IMG/VR virus record: IMGVR_UViG_3300025121_000282
Coordinates: 186,001-250,000 of that record
DNA: 64,000 nucleotides
Direction: 5' to 3' (one strand)
Shown here: positions 9,141 to 18,504 of the stretch, one piece after another
How positions within the stretch are numbered: position 1 is the first letter of the stretch
How the letters are laid out: the number at the start of each line of letters is the position of its first letter
The notes under the pieces: model-generated
What the model saw: only the letters and a program-made list of their open reading frames with translations
What the model was told of the DNA's origin: nothing
Database searches by the model: none
Position numbers and translations under genes: made by a program

Positions 9141-9347
9141 ATGAATAAATTTGTGGTCACCACCACACGCATCCCCACCAATTTCAACGCCCCGACGTGC
9201 AATGTTGTGGAAGCGGAAACTGAGCAGGGTGCACTGCTCATCATCAAGGACTACTACCGCGACTTCAGTCTCCCTCAGTACGTGTACTCAGTCTCCCCCT
9301 ATGTTCCGCCCCCTGCTGGACGTATCTTGAACAGAGAAGAACTGTGA
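9141..9347 (+). CDS. hypothetical protein
   Basis: TAGGAG RBS; motif at 9095. Confidence 0.75.
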   Translation: MNKFVVTTTRIPTNFNAPTCNVVEAETEQGALLIIKDYYRDFSLPQYVYSVSPYVPPPAGRILNREEL

Positions 9348-9403
9348 AGGATTGACCAGGGTACTAACAGACTGAAGAACAACAGACATTCAAGGAGCAA
9401 CTT

Positions 9404-9598
9404 TTGAACACTTCAGAACATGAACTTCGTGAACGCGTCTGTGGAATTCTCCAGTCCGGAGACTTGGCGCTCTACCAGATGAAGCGCCAATGGTTCAAGT
9501 CCAAGGCTGACGAAATTGCTATCCAGAGTCTGGAGGACCACCTTGCTTTGGTGCGTGCCTACCTCAAAAAGCGAGACGCCGAACTGAAGGGTGGCTGA
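9404..9598 (+). CDS. coiled-coil hypothetical protein
   Basis: AAGGAG RBS with TTG start; motif at 9352. Confidence 0.7.
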   Translation: MNTSEHELRERVCGILQSGDLALYQMKRQWFKSKADEIAIQSLEDHLALVRAYLKKRDAELKGG

Positions 9599-9599
9599 A

Positions 9600-9701
9600 A
9601 TGTGGGAACTTTTTGAAGTGACTGGATGGGTTGGGGTTTTCAGTCTGACTATGGTGGGCATCGACTGGATCGGTGTCAAACTCGGCCTCTGGGTCGATTG
9701 A
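9600..9701 (+). CDS. 33-aa hydrophobic peptide
   Basis: MWELFEVTGWVGVFSLTMVGIDWIGVKLGLWVD; stop inside TTGAC at 9698. Confidence 0.5.
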   Translation: MWELFEVTGWVGVFSLTMVGIDWIGVKLGLWVD

Positions 9702-9704
9702 CCG

Positions 9705-10019
9705 ATGCCTGACCTATATCTCACCCCGAGAAACATGGAAAGAATCGAGGCGGGCTGCAACATCCACGGTGGCTTTCATTTGAGCCCCGATTGCAGTGGG
9801 CTCTTACGCCATCATACTTGTCCCATTCCCAGACCAGTTGTGGTGTACAACTTGCAACCTGCCACTGCTACGGTGGCATACAAAGCCAAAATTACAATTG
9901 CTGGAATTGAAGTCGGGAACGTATGCTCCCTATGCTTCAATCAAGAAATGTCCAGACAAAATCAAGTAAAGATATCGGAAGCTCTAAAGGAGAACGAAGA
10001 TCATGGAAAATCAGTATGA
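9705..10019 (+). CDS. hypothetical protein (CSLC)
   Basis: 104 aa ORF overlapping the next start. Confidence 0.55.
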   Translation: MPDLYLTPRNMERIEAGCNIHGGFHLSPDCSGLLRHHTCPIPRPVVVYNLQPATATVAYKAKITIAGIEVGNVCSLCFNQEMSRQNQVKISEALKENEDHGKSV

Positions 10020-10296
10020 ACTGTTGACGAGAATTCTGCAGGATGCCGGAATTCCCACTGCCACCACACCTCCGAAGCTTCAGCCGTATGGAGATGCCGC
10101 CAAGTGCCCACGCCTCTGGTGGCCAAATACGGAGACACCCTACGTCCAGGTGTGCATGACCAACTCCACCCCCGGACACGAGCGCTATGAGGTCGTGGAC
10201 GACCGGCACAACGCCTTTGGCTACGAACCCCTGGTCGTGGGCGAGGATGTCACGGCCTCAGATGCCACAGCCCTAGTGAGAAACATCCTGGCTTAG
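10003..10296 (+). CDS. hypothetical protein
   Basis: AAGGAG upstream. Confidence 0.7.
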   Translation: MENQYELLTRILQDAGIPTATTPPKLQPYGDAAKCPRLWWPNTETPYVQVCMTNSTPGHERYEVVDDRHNAFGYEPLVVGEDVTASDATALVRNILA

Positions 10297-10319
10297 GCCA
10301 TTCCCAGTGCTGCAATAAG

Positions 10320-10868
10320 TTAAATGCTACTGTAAGCCCTTAACACTTCTGCAACGTCGTCATACACTTCTGGTTCAGTCGCAACAGTAGCGCAGCAATT
10401 CACCGACCTGACCACTCTGGGCTGGAAGATTTCTACCAGGGTCCTGGTCTGCTCGTTCACAGCGTCCCTCAAAGTCCTAAAAATTCCCACACCACCCTTG
10501 ATTTTGTAATCGGTCTGCTTGTCGTCCAACGCAAGCTTTGCGCCCGCCTTGGTTATAGCCTTGTCTATAATTTTCCAAATTGCAGTCCGAGTCAACTTAC
10601 CCCAATGAAGGATAGACTTGAAAAGTAGGGATTTGGCTTCCAACTTATTCTTGCGTCCGTATTCCAGAAGGCGAGTCTGTAGGCTGGCTTTGACTTTGTC
10701 TGGCATTTGACAATCTCGCACCAGAGCCTGAGCTTGCCCATAAGTCAAACCTGAAATTTGCTTATCTGAGGTAATTCTCAGGTTTGCGCATAGGATGAGC
10801 AGTAACTTATCACGGTTTGAGTGGGCAACTTCTATCATGGTTTTGAAAAGTTTGGCTACAGTGCTCAT
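10320..10868 (-). CDS. basic, AT-rich hypothetical protein (possible late/virion protein)
   Basis: AGGAG RBS; TGTATAAT upstream (10900-10907). Confidence 0.8.
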   Translation of the reverse strand: MSTVAKLFKTMIEVAHSNRDKLLLILCANLRITSDKQISGLTYGQAQALVRDCQMPDKVKASLQTRLLEYGRKNKLEAKSLLFKSILHWGKLTRTAIWKIIDKAITKAGAKLALDDKQTDYKIKGGVGIFRTLRDAVNEQTRTLVEIFQPRVVRSVNCCATVATEPEVYDDVAEVLRAYSSI

Positions 10869-10974
10869 TTTGCAACTCTCCTGTTTACTTCTTGCTACTA
10901 TTATACAATGAAAAGACTATTGACTCGAATTGTTTCCATACGAATAACCACACACACCAACAAGGAGATTAAAA

Positions 10975-11286
10975 ATGGACATCAGCGACACAGACAATAA
11001 CACCACCCTGGGAACGTCGTTGACTTTCCTCATTCTGGACTACCGCGGGAAATACGACTTTCCTGGCGACCAAAACGGGTTTGTGTTCGAACATCGGAGG
11101 TCCATACCCAAGACCACCAGTACCGAGGGCTATGCCATCCGGACAGATGACACTGGTGGGGGGTGGCGGGTGGACTACATCCCCCAATTCGGTCCCAAAG
11201 AGACTGTCTACGGACCCAACCGGGAAAGCTACTGGCCCACCAACGAGGAAGCGGCTGCAGCCCTGGAGTTGTACCTGAAAGATTGA
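10975..11286 (+). CDS. family C hypothetical, copy 2
   Basis: Paralog of 6141..6455; stop inside TTGAC at 11283. Confidence 0.85.
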   Translation: MDISDTDNNTTLGTSLTFLILDYRGKYDFPGDQNGFVFEHRRSIPKTTSTEGYAIRTDDTGGGWRVDYIPQFGPKETVYGPNRESYWPTNEEAAAALELYLKD

Positions 11287-11345
11287 CCGCAGTCTGTTTC
11301 CATGTGAATAGCCCCAGACACCAAGAACCACAAGGAGATTGAAGA

Positions 11346-11642
11346 ATGCGCTTCCTCAATGATAATGACCTCAGTGCTCTCGTCTGCCACATGAATCGTC
11401 AGATTGTGGGCTTGGCCTCAAGGTCGGTCAACGGGGAACGAGTCACGTTGATTGCCAAGCTCCACGTCGCCGTTCCCGATGATGACACGGTGGAGGACAC
11501 CGATGTGCCAGTGACCCCCTCGACAGAGCGAGGCACGATCACTTACCACACCCATCGCCACCTGGGCGGGGTCCTGCTGGAAGAGACGGACGGAACTCCG
11601 AGTCTCACACAGGCAATCCGGGAGTTCAATGAATGGATTTAG
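11346..11642 (+). CDS. hypothetical protein
   Basis: AAGGAG RBS; motif at 11283. Confidence 0.75.
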   Translation: MRFLNDNDLSALVCHMNRQIVGLASRSVNGERVTLIAKLHVAVPDDDTVEDTDVPVTPSTERGTITYHTHRHLGGVLLEETDGTPSLTQAIREFNEWI

Positions 11643-11696
11643 TTATTAACGTAGATCGTTTCCATGTGAAGCACCAACAAAGGAGACTGAAAGCCA

Positions 11697-11963
11697 ATGT
11701 CCAACCTCGAAGACGCCGATTTCACGCGGATCATCGAAGCGAGTCTCGCAGTGGAGAAAGCTGCGGACGAACTTCAGACCAAGCTCGCCTCTCTCCAGAA
11801 CAAGGTGGCACCATACCTACCCCCGAACAAGGGCTTGAGGGTTTGGATTGAAGCCATGAGAGCGGCGGCCTACTGTGACGGTCCTGGCGAGACTGGACAC
11901 GAAGACGGGAAGGTGTTTAGCTCTGCCCGCTTGGCCCGAGTCCTGCTGAGTGCCAGTGAATGA
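11697..11963 (+). CDS. hypothetical protein
   Basis: AAGGAG RBS; TTAAC motif at 11646. Confidence 0.75.
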   Translation: MSNLEDADFTRIIEASLAVEKAADELQTKLASLQNKVAPYLPPNKGLRVWIEAMRAAAYCDGPGETGHEDGKVFSSARLARVLLSASE

Positions 11964-12163
11964 GTGCCAAAAAGAAGTGCTCATATTGTAAGCGGAGGCC
12001 AGTCACGTACTGCTCTCCAGCGGATTTTTGTAATATCTGTTGGGACCGCTGGTTCAAATCAGGTTGTCCCAATTTTGATGGCAAGCGGTGGGTTTTGAAA
12101 ATCGTCCGCTTCGTCAACAGCACAAAGAACAAAACCCGCAACACTAGGAGCAGGCCACAGTGA
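11960..12163 (+). CDS. Zn-finger-like small protein (CxxC...CxxC)
   Basis: ATGA coupling; CSYC/CNIC. Confidence 0.65.
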   Translation: MSAKKKCSYCKRRPVTYCSPADFCNICWDRWFKSGCPNFDGKRWVLKIVRFVNSTKNKTRNTRSRPQ

Positions 12164-12375
12164 AATTGGACATGGTTAAGTACCTTTCGTTTGAGGCAGT
12201 GGTACCTGTCAAAATGGACTCTAGCCATCGTGACCCCGAATTGGACGAACCCAAGGCACGGACGCTTCTCGCTTCGTTGGGGGTCGCACCGCGAGACACC
12301 AATCGTGCTCTGAAAATCCTTAGGGTGCGGGTCGAACAGGTGGCCGCCCAAGTCTCGTATGAGGACCTGATCTAG
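12160..12375 (+). CDS. hypothetical protein
   Basis: GTGA coupling to the upstream gene. Confidence 0.6.
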   Translation: MKLDMVKYLSFEAVVPVKMDSSHRDPELDEPKARTLLASLGVAPRDTNRALKILRVRVEQVAAQVSYEDLI

Positions 12376-12440
12376 ATTGACCACAGTCTGTTTCCATGTG
12401 AAGCACTACGAGACACTAACTACAAGGGAGACTAACTACA

Positions 12441-12689
12441 ATGGCCGTTTACAATCGCACCAAGAAAGCTGACCGGGCACGGGAAATTGCTGATCGGCAG
12501 GCTGAGATTGAGGCCATTGAGGCCGGGCTTTGGCCTCGTGACATCAACGACCAGTTTCGGTGGTACGACCGGACTCCCACTTTTACCCCTGCTCAGTGGG
12601 CTCGGAAGATGTGTGAGGACACAATCGCCTACCTGACCGCAATTCCTGGTCGGATTGCAAATGGAGAACTGTCCGGATGGGAGGCGTAA
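12441..12689 (+). CDS. hypothetical protein
   Basis: GGGAG RBS; motif at 12377. Confidence 0.75.
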   Translation: MAVYNRTKKADRAREIADRQAEIEAIEAGLWPRDINDQFRWYDRTPTFTPAQWARKMCEDTIAYLTAIPGRIANGELSGWEA

Positions 12690-12690
12690 G

Positions 12691-12924
12691 ATGAAGGTCT
12701 CCGAACTCATCCAGTGGCTGGCCACTCAAGACCAGGAGGCCACTGTTGAGGTTGTCGTACATATGGATCGTGGTAGTTACTACGAACAGGGTGGCACGGC
12801 TACGACCGAGGAATTCACCGGCGAACTGTCCGAATACACCGATTTCCGAGAAAACCAATTTGTCACCCCAGACCAGCCTCATTTCAACCGGCGATTCCTG
12901 CTTCTGGGTGTGTACAAAGGTTAA
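12691..12924 (+). CDS. hypothetical protein (MKVSELIQWL)
   Basis: GGAGG RBS; stop TAA inside TTAAC at 12921. Confidence 0.75.
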   Translation: MKVSELIQWLATQDQEATVEVVVHMDRGSYYEQGGTATTEEFTGELSEYTDFRENQFVTPDQPHFNRRFLLLGVYKG

Positions 12925-12965
12925 CTACAATCTGTTTCCATTTGAAAAGAAGGGTGCAACTTACA

Positions 12966-13373
12966 ATGTCTACCGAAAAAGAAGCGACGACTACCCGCGC
13001 TGTTCTGAATCCGGCCACGACCAAGGACTGGCTCAAGTCTATGCTGACAAGCTCCCTTCGAAGGGTGACCCGGGTCGAAATTCACTACTTACCCCCAAGG
13101 TGGGCAGCTGTGGTCGAAATGGCATTCATGATGATGGAAGCCGTGTACTACCAACCGGGTGACGAACCCAAGGCGAGGGAAGCCGGTATCAAAATCATTG
13201 ATACGGCTGTGGAAGCCTTTAAGGGAGAATACACCGACAAGGCTGCGACTGCCCTAAACCAGATGGGTAGTATGCTGAGGTGTTGTAACGACTTGGACGA
13301 GCCAGCAGAGGTAAAGATGCTGGCTTACGTCAAGGAATTGATGGCCCGTCAGACCGAACCGGTCAAGAAATAA
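12966..13373 (+). CDS. helical hypothetical protein
   Basis: Motif at 12921; ATG 12966. Confidence 0.75.
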   Translation: MSTEKEATTTRAVLNPATTKDWLKSMLTSSLRRVTRVEIHYLPPRWAAVVEMAFMMMEAVYYQPGDEPKAREAGIKIIDTAVEAFKGEYTDKAATALNQMGSMLRCCNDLDEPAEVKMLAYVKELMARQTEPVKK

Positions 13374-13445
13374 CCAAAATCCTCGACTTAACCAATCCTC
13401 GCCTGGAATGAAGAACTGTACAGCAACAGGAAGGGACCGATTACA

Positions 13446-13724
13446 ATGGGAACTACCAGCGCGGGCCGCCATGCGTGGTACAGCCAGTCTCAAGCATGGG
13501 TGGCTGGTCATGTTACCTACCAGAGACCTGATGGGACGACCTATCAGGTGACTACAATCTCCAGCAGGCCCGAGCACGGGTGCGGTTGGGATGATATGAG
13601 GTACCTCGGTGTCATTGGTGAATCCGACATCTGCATCGGAAGCACCGAAGCACTTAACCCAAAACAAGCCAAGTTGGACAAAATCAATGATTTTGTCCGG
13701 TACAAAGAGTGGGAAATGGAATGA
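13446..13724 (+). CDS. family B hypothetical, copy 2
   Basis: Paralogy; TTAAC motif at 13388. Confidence 0.85.
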   Translation: MGTTSAGRHAWYSQSQAWVAGHVTYQRPDGTTYQVTTISSRPEHGCGWDDMRYLGVIGESDICIGSTEALNPKQAKLDKINDFVRYKEWEME

Positions 13725-13951
13725 AACAGTTTACTTTCTACTGGCTGGACGGCAAACGTGATGTCCTCTCGGGACGGGATGCGGCTGATGCCATGAACCG
13801 GGCGGGGTACGGTCATGGCGCCCTTGGTGCCCTGGACTTCCATGCCTGGGGGGACTGCAAGGAGTACGTCTGGAATCCCAAAACCCGGAGATGGGACAAT
13901 CCAGGGCTGAATGAGCGTCTCGACCGTGAGACGCTCATTCCCAAGGAGTAA
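13721..13951 (+). CDS. hypothetical protein (MKQFTFYWLDG)
   Basis: ATGA coupling. Confidence 0.7.
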   Translation: MKQFTFYWLDGKRDVLSGRDAADAMNRAGYGHGALGALDFHAWGDCKEYVWNPKTRRWDNPGLNERLDRETLIPKE

Positions 13952-13956
13952 AAGAC

Positions 13957-14199
13957 GTGAATTCACACTTCGAACAAGTCGTCTGGCACGCCCAAAACGC
14001 TGGTTTCCAGGTAGAGACGCTGGCGGGAGACAATTGCAGCTTCCGTGTCTACCCCGACGATGGGAGTCGGTGGGCCACCGTCACCGTGGGGCACTCAGGT
14101 TTGGTGAGGTGGAATACCCCGGGAGCAGAATTCAGACAGTTCGACTCCCCAAGCGTGGCTTTCAAAGAACTTAAGAAGGCATGGGGGACAAATCTGTAG
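13957..14199 (+). CDS. hypothetical protein
   Basis: AAGGAG RBS, GTG start. Confidence 0.7.
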   Translation: MNSHFEQVVWHAQNAGFQVETLAGDNCSFRVYPDDGSRWATVTVGHSGLVRWNTPGAEFRQFDSPSVAFKELKKAWGTNL

Positions 14200-14334
14200 C
14201 TATACTGGTGCAGCCCCCACCGGTAGTGGAACATGCATCTACATGGTTTGCTCCCGCCTGAGAGAGTGATTGACCCGATCTTTTCCCGTGCGAATACCTA
14301 TACCAATCAACCAATTATAATAAGGACACCATCA

Positions 14335-14751
14335 ATGTTTGACCCGCTCACCCATTACATGCAAACCATCCTGACACTCCTGGCAATGGACAATGACTCC
14401 CTGCGCGGTGCAGTTCAGGAGGCCCTCAAGCAGGACTCACTGGAGCCCATCAAGGGCGCCTTGAGTCCTCGCGATCTGGCCTACAATTTCTACCACAAGG
14501 AATGGGAAATTTGGGTTCAGATGGAGCTGTATCAGAGTTCCATGGAGCGGCGTCGAAACTGGGACGCTCTCAGCCGGGTAGAGGTTATGGTTTTTGGGCG
14601 GGCCACCCAAGGTCGAATCATCGAGACACTGGATGATGGTTTCTCCGTAGAGTTCGAAGATGAGATGGAAATCCCCATCGGGGAAATGTGGCCTTCTCAC
14701 CACGGATGCATGGGTGGTCTCTTCAAACGGGAAGACGTCACTTTCCTCTGA
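14335..14751 (+). CDS. hypothetical protein (C-terminal SH3-like barrel possible)
   Basis: Motif at 14270; leader resembles that of the 8670 gene. Confidence 0.75.
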   Translation: MFDPLTHYMQTILTLLAMDNDSLRGAVQEALKQDSLEPIKGALSPRDLAYNFYHKEWEIWVQMELYQSSMERRRNWDALSRVEVMVFGRATQGRIIETLDDGFSVEFEDEMEIPIGEMWPSHHGCMGGLFKREDVTFL

Positions 14752-14805
14752 CCGATTGACCGCTTTCGTTTCCATGTGAAGAATCCCAGAAGGAGAGAAT
14801 TCAAA

Positions 14806-14913
14806 ATGCGCACGCTCGAATCACTCGCAGATGGCCGTCTTATCACTTTTCTCGGTGCCGTTTCGGTGGACTTTCGCCACGTTCTGACCTGCCCAACGGG
14901 TTCGAGAATCTGA
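14806..14913 (+). CDS. 35-aa micro-ORF
   Basis: AAGGAG RBS after motif at 14756. Confidence 0.45.
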   Translation: MRTLESLADGRLITFLGAVSVDFRHVLTCPTGSRI

Positions 14914-14923
14914 AATTCTGTCC

Positions 14924-15109
14924 GTGGGATGGTGGAACTATCAGCACAAAAACGAGCCTCCATTTCTCATCCTGTCTCGGAGAGACAAGGGGATTTACAT
15001 CATCCCCGAATCCGAAGCTGGCGAATTGTTTGATGCCGGGTGGGTTCCCCCGAAGGTGACCAAACGGCTGGTGAATGGTGTCTTCGTGGCGGACGAGGAG
15101 AAAGTTTAG
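14924..15109 (+). CDS. hypothetical protein
   Basis: 61 aa ORF filling the gap; start uncertain. Confidence 0.5.
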   Translation: MGWWNYQHKNEPPFLILSRRDKGIYIIPESEAGELFDAGWVPPKVTKRLVNGVFVADEEKV

Positions 15110-15114
15110 CTACA

Positions 15115-15540
15115 ATGAGTACTCTTAATCAGAAGTACAGCGACACAGATGGTGTGGGCCTCGGCCGGTGCGAAGAGTGTGGCTACATGTTCGTGAATGA
15201 GAACGAGCGCCACACCAAAACCGGTCTGCCCGGCTTCTCCTGTGAACTTCACAAAGCCGTGCATATCGATGACTGGATCGAACTGCCTCCTGCCAACGAC
15301 CAGGAAAAACTGGTCAAGGAGTGGTTCGACCACTTCCGACGTCCCGCCATTCAGAAAGATTACAAGTGGCTCGCGGCCCGCAAGGTTTTCTGCATTTTCG
15401 AGGGAAAGAGGATGCGTTGCACCGGGGCTTCAAGGATGGGTGACGTGTGGCTGACCTACAATCTTGTCAAGGACTTCGGATACGACCGGCGGGTGGACGT
15501 GGCGGGATGCTCTGATTGGACCGTCGAGGGCCCGAAGTGA
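15115..15540 (+). CDS. hypothetical protein (CEECG)
   Basis: GAGGAG RBS, ATG 15115. Confidence 0.75.
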   Translation: MSTLNQKYSDTDGVGLGRCEECGYMFVNENERHTKTGLPGFSCELHKAVHIDDWIELPPANDQEKLVKEWFDHFRRPAIQKDYKWLAARKVFCIFEGKRMRCTGASRMGDVWLTYNLVKDFGYDRRVDVAGCSDWTVEGPK

Positions 15541-15818
15541 AAGTTGCAATCTACAAGTCCCAGGGTGTGGTCCCGTTCCAGACTCGTGAATGGGACGTGT
15601 CGGAGGCATACGCCACCAACGAAGAGGCCATCCGAGTTTGCAATGCCATGAATTGGAAAATGGTGAGCGCAAACTGCAATCCGGGTGTCTTCACGGTTGA
15701 CGTGTCCGAGTCCCAGATGAACCTGTGGAAGCTCCACAAGCAAATGGACATCTGCGAGATTCCTACACTTGTCATGTTGTCTGATGGTATCCAATACCAT
15801 GTTGACCCATTGGGGTGA
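15537..15818 (+). CDS. hypothetical protein
   Basis: GTGA coupling. Confidence 0.7.
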   Translation: MKVAIYKSQGVVPFQTREWDVSEAYATNEEAIRVCNAMNWKMVSANCNPGVFTVDVSESQMNLWKLHKQMDICEIPTLVMLSDGIQYHVDPLG

Positions 15819-15820
15819 CA

Positions 15821-16081
15821 ATGCAAATTAACGGCATCGACGTGTTGGTCGGGACCCAGGTGCAGTCGCTGGTCTTCGACTACGAAACCAGTGTGGCTCG
15901 TGGCGGGATTTGTCGTGGCGACATTGGCAATGTTGTACGCGTGGAACCCGAACGCGTTGAAGTTGTGTTCTACCCGTGGGGCGTCCCAACAATGTCCTGG
16001 TGGACAAAGAGCGAAACTGCACACCTGACCACACTCGTCCATATGCAGACAGTTTTGTGGCTCACCCTTGGTAGGAGATAA
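15821..16081 (+). CDS. hypothetical protein
   Basis: Coupled to upstream stop. Confidence 0.6.
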   Translation: MQINGIDVLVGTQVQSLVFDYETSVARGGICRGDIGNVVRVEPERVEVVFYPWGVPTMSWWTKSETAHLTTLVHMQTVLWLTLGRR

Positions 16082-16244
16082 TCAGGTCCAACCCACGATG
16101 GAAACAGAATGTGGAATCGATGATTTCTGGACGCTGGGTGTGTGGGTGAAATCGGAAACACGGGCTGACGTTACCCCCACACAATTGACCACCCTACTCT
16201 ACGGGCGAATTACATCCTAGACCCCAACAAGAAGATAAGAACAA

Positions 16245-16568
16245 ATGAGCAAGCAATTCAGCAGTGGTATGCACGCGTGGTTCAGCTGGAAACAGGCCGA
16301 AGCTGCTGGCGTTCGGACGCTGAAGCGTCCTGATGGGACAACCTACCATCTGACCACAGTGACTGCCGCACTCGAACACGGCTGTGGTTGGGATGACATG
16401 CAATATCTCGGGACCATTGGTGAAGATGACACCGACGTGTGCTCTACCATGTCCTCACGAGAAAACTGCAACCATGTGAAAAACACGACACTTCTCCCGT
16501 TGGATGTGGGTTCCAAAGAGTTCTTTAAACTGGTTCTGGACTGCGAGTCCAACCAGAAAAACAAGTAA
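16245..16568 (+). CDS. family B hypothetical, copy 3
   Basis: Paralogy; motif at 16185. Confidence 0.85.
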   Translation: MSKQFSSGMHAWFSWKQAEAAGVRTLKRPDGTTYHLTTVTAALEHGCGWDDMQYLGTIGEDDTDVCSTMSSRENCNHVKNTTLLPLDVGSKEFFKLVLDCESNQKNK

Positions 16569-16623
16569 CATGACTGACTTGTCTCGGTGTCCACATGGAT
16601 AGTCAACAGAGGTAGTGCAACAG

Positions 16624-16935
16624 ATGGCCGACCTTCGACGTGAATTTACCACTGACCAGTACGAAGCCATGCGCCCAGATTTGGAAGAAGCAAGGGCTGC
16701 AGTTCTGGCTGCGCTTGCCCGACACCATGAACTGGGTCTGACCCAATGGGTCCGTCAAGATGCTGACTCTGTACCTGACCCTGCGGTAAAAGAGGCATTC
16801 AGCCTGTTGAATCAAGCGGCCAGACTCATCGACCGGGCTCAGTTCGAACTAGTGCTGCGCCTCCATACAACCGGAGCCATTGCACCCAAAAATGGCCCGA
16901 CAAGAGAGGCAACAAATGGCAACCATTCCCCGTGA
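16624..16935 (+). CDS. family D helical protein, copy 1
   Basis: Tandem paralog of 16916..17203 (LARHHELG...DPAVKEAF). Confidence 0.8.
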   Translation: MADLRREFTTDQYEAMRPDLEEARAAVLAALARHHELGLTQWVRQDADSVPDPAVKEAFSLLNQAARLIDRAQFELVLRLHTTGAIAPKNGPTREATNGNHSP

Positions 16936-17203
16936 TTTCACCATTGCACAATACGACGCCATGGCCCCCGACTTCGAGGCCGCTCGTGCAGGCGTTCTCG
17001 CCCTATTGGCTCGCCACCATGAACTTGGTCAGAGTCATTGGTTGGGCGGTGATAGTGACTCTGCACCCAACCCCGCGGTCAAAGAAGCATTTGACCTGTT
17101 GCATCAAGCGGTAAGGCTCATGGACCGTGCTCAGCACGAACTGGTCATGCACCTCTGCGCAAACGGGCACATTCCTTTTCAAACCGATCAGAAACCGGAT
17201 TGA
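16916..17203 (+). CDS. family D helical protein, copy 2
   Basis: Tandem paralog; stop inside TTGAC at 17200. Confidence 0.8.
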   Translation: MATIPRDFTIAQYDAMAPDFEAARAGVLALLARHHELGQSHWLGGDSDSAPNPAVKEAFDLLHQAVRLMDRAQHELVMHLCANGHIPFQTDQKPD

Positions 17204-17461
17204 CCGCGGACTGTTTCCGCTCTCTTCAAGGAGCGAGACGACCCAGGATAGTCTTGCATGGGTGACGAAAAACTACCATGCTTAGCTGGAGAAGTAGTGC
17301 ACATCCAGTGAAATGTCGGCACTAGTTGTGGGTTCGGGTGACGCCGATAAGGGGCTGCAGACCCCAAGCGCAAACCCTCCAAATGTGGTATCACTTGGCG
17401 TAAAAAGCCAAGCAATTACGGACAAAGCCACACAAGGCCTGTTGATGGTCCTAGACAGGCT

Positions 17462-17503
17462 ACAGCGCCCTCCCGGCCTCGCAAGTGGTTGAGAGGGCGC
17501 TGT
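17462..17503. terminator. 11-bp hairpin ACAGCGCCCTC/GAGGGCGCTGT, possible terminator
   Basis: Inverted repeat seen directly; weak U-tract. Confidence 0.4.
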
Positions 17504-17616
17504 CGTATTTGAAATCTATGAACAAATAAATTAACCAATCCTTTCGTGGGGTGAAGAACTGTACACAGTGGGCTCGGTGCCACACCCGAACCTTCTTTCC
17601 ACGACTGATGCACCTA

Positions 17617-17667
17617 CCCCCCCCCCCCCCCCCCCCCGCAATAATGGCTGCGGGCGAGGATAGATGT
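17617..17667. repeat. C21 tract plus hairpin element copy 2
   Basis: C21 at 17617-17637, then GCAATAATGGCTGCGGGCGAGGATAGATGT. Confidence 0.85.
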
Positions 17668-18504
17668 ACCCGAATTCGCCCGTTGCGGTCCGCCTGTCAC
17701 CAGTACGTGGCATAGCTGCCCCCTCCCATCTGTACTCCCACGTGAATGCGGCTCGCACTCGCAACCGCCTATCAAACCCACACACCACTCAATTGCGCGC
17801 CCGCATCAAGTACCCACAATTTCGCAAACAGCATACACGAACACGGATGTACACGGAATCGTGTATGCTGTGCTTTCGTGTATGCCAGAACGGATGTACT
17901 GCATCACGCTCTCGCCAACACATGCAAGTGCTCACGTGAACGTACGGGCTGTCACATGTGGGCCCACACACGAGTGTGCTCAGTGTTCAAGAAAATTTGT
18001 CCACAATATCTCGTTCTGATTTCTGAAATTTGTCCGCACTGTTCCCACTCTCCCAAGACAACCACCCCAGCTTTGGAAGCCCCTCAGTTTAGAACTATTC
18101 ACCCCCTGACACCCCTCGAACCAAAGCTATTTACACGTCCACACCTAGAAACTTTCAACTTCTGGTGTGTTTATTTATACCTATGGTTCTAAAAAGCGGT
18201 CTATTATAACAAGGTGTCACCCTTTGGCCAAACCAGAGCCACAGGTTTGGGCCTGCCTTGGGTTTGGGGCTTGGGGGGGGGGAGTTGTTTTTCACCCAGT
18301 AGGGAGTGCTAGATAACCCGTATTTCGGGAGTCTCAAACCGTTGACTACCCATTGACGGAGCCCTGTAGGGGTGAAATAACTCAGAGACGGAGATTTTCT
18401 TTCCCGCCTCGAAGAGACTCCCCCCCCCCGACTAAGGATTGACGAGGCGGGATGGGGAGTGAAGAATCCCAGAGACAATCAACCGACTGAACAGGAGATT
18501 CCCA

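Noticed and set aside
17188-17613. Minus-strand ORFs 17188..17415 and 17416..17613
   Set aside because: No RBS or promoter, atypical composition, and they overlap promoter and hairpin elements.
17997-18037. DnaA-box-like TTGTCCACA near the hairpin elements (also GTGTCCACA at 2283 and 24099)
   Set aside because: Equivalent 9-mers occur inside ORFs (840, 1889, 16589, 23719 regions), so enrichment is not shown.
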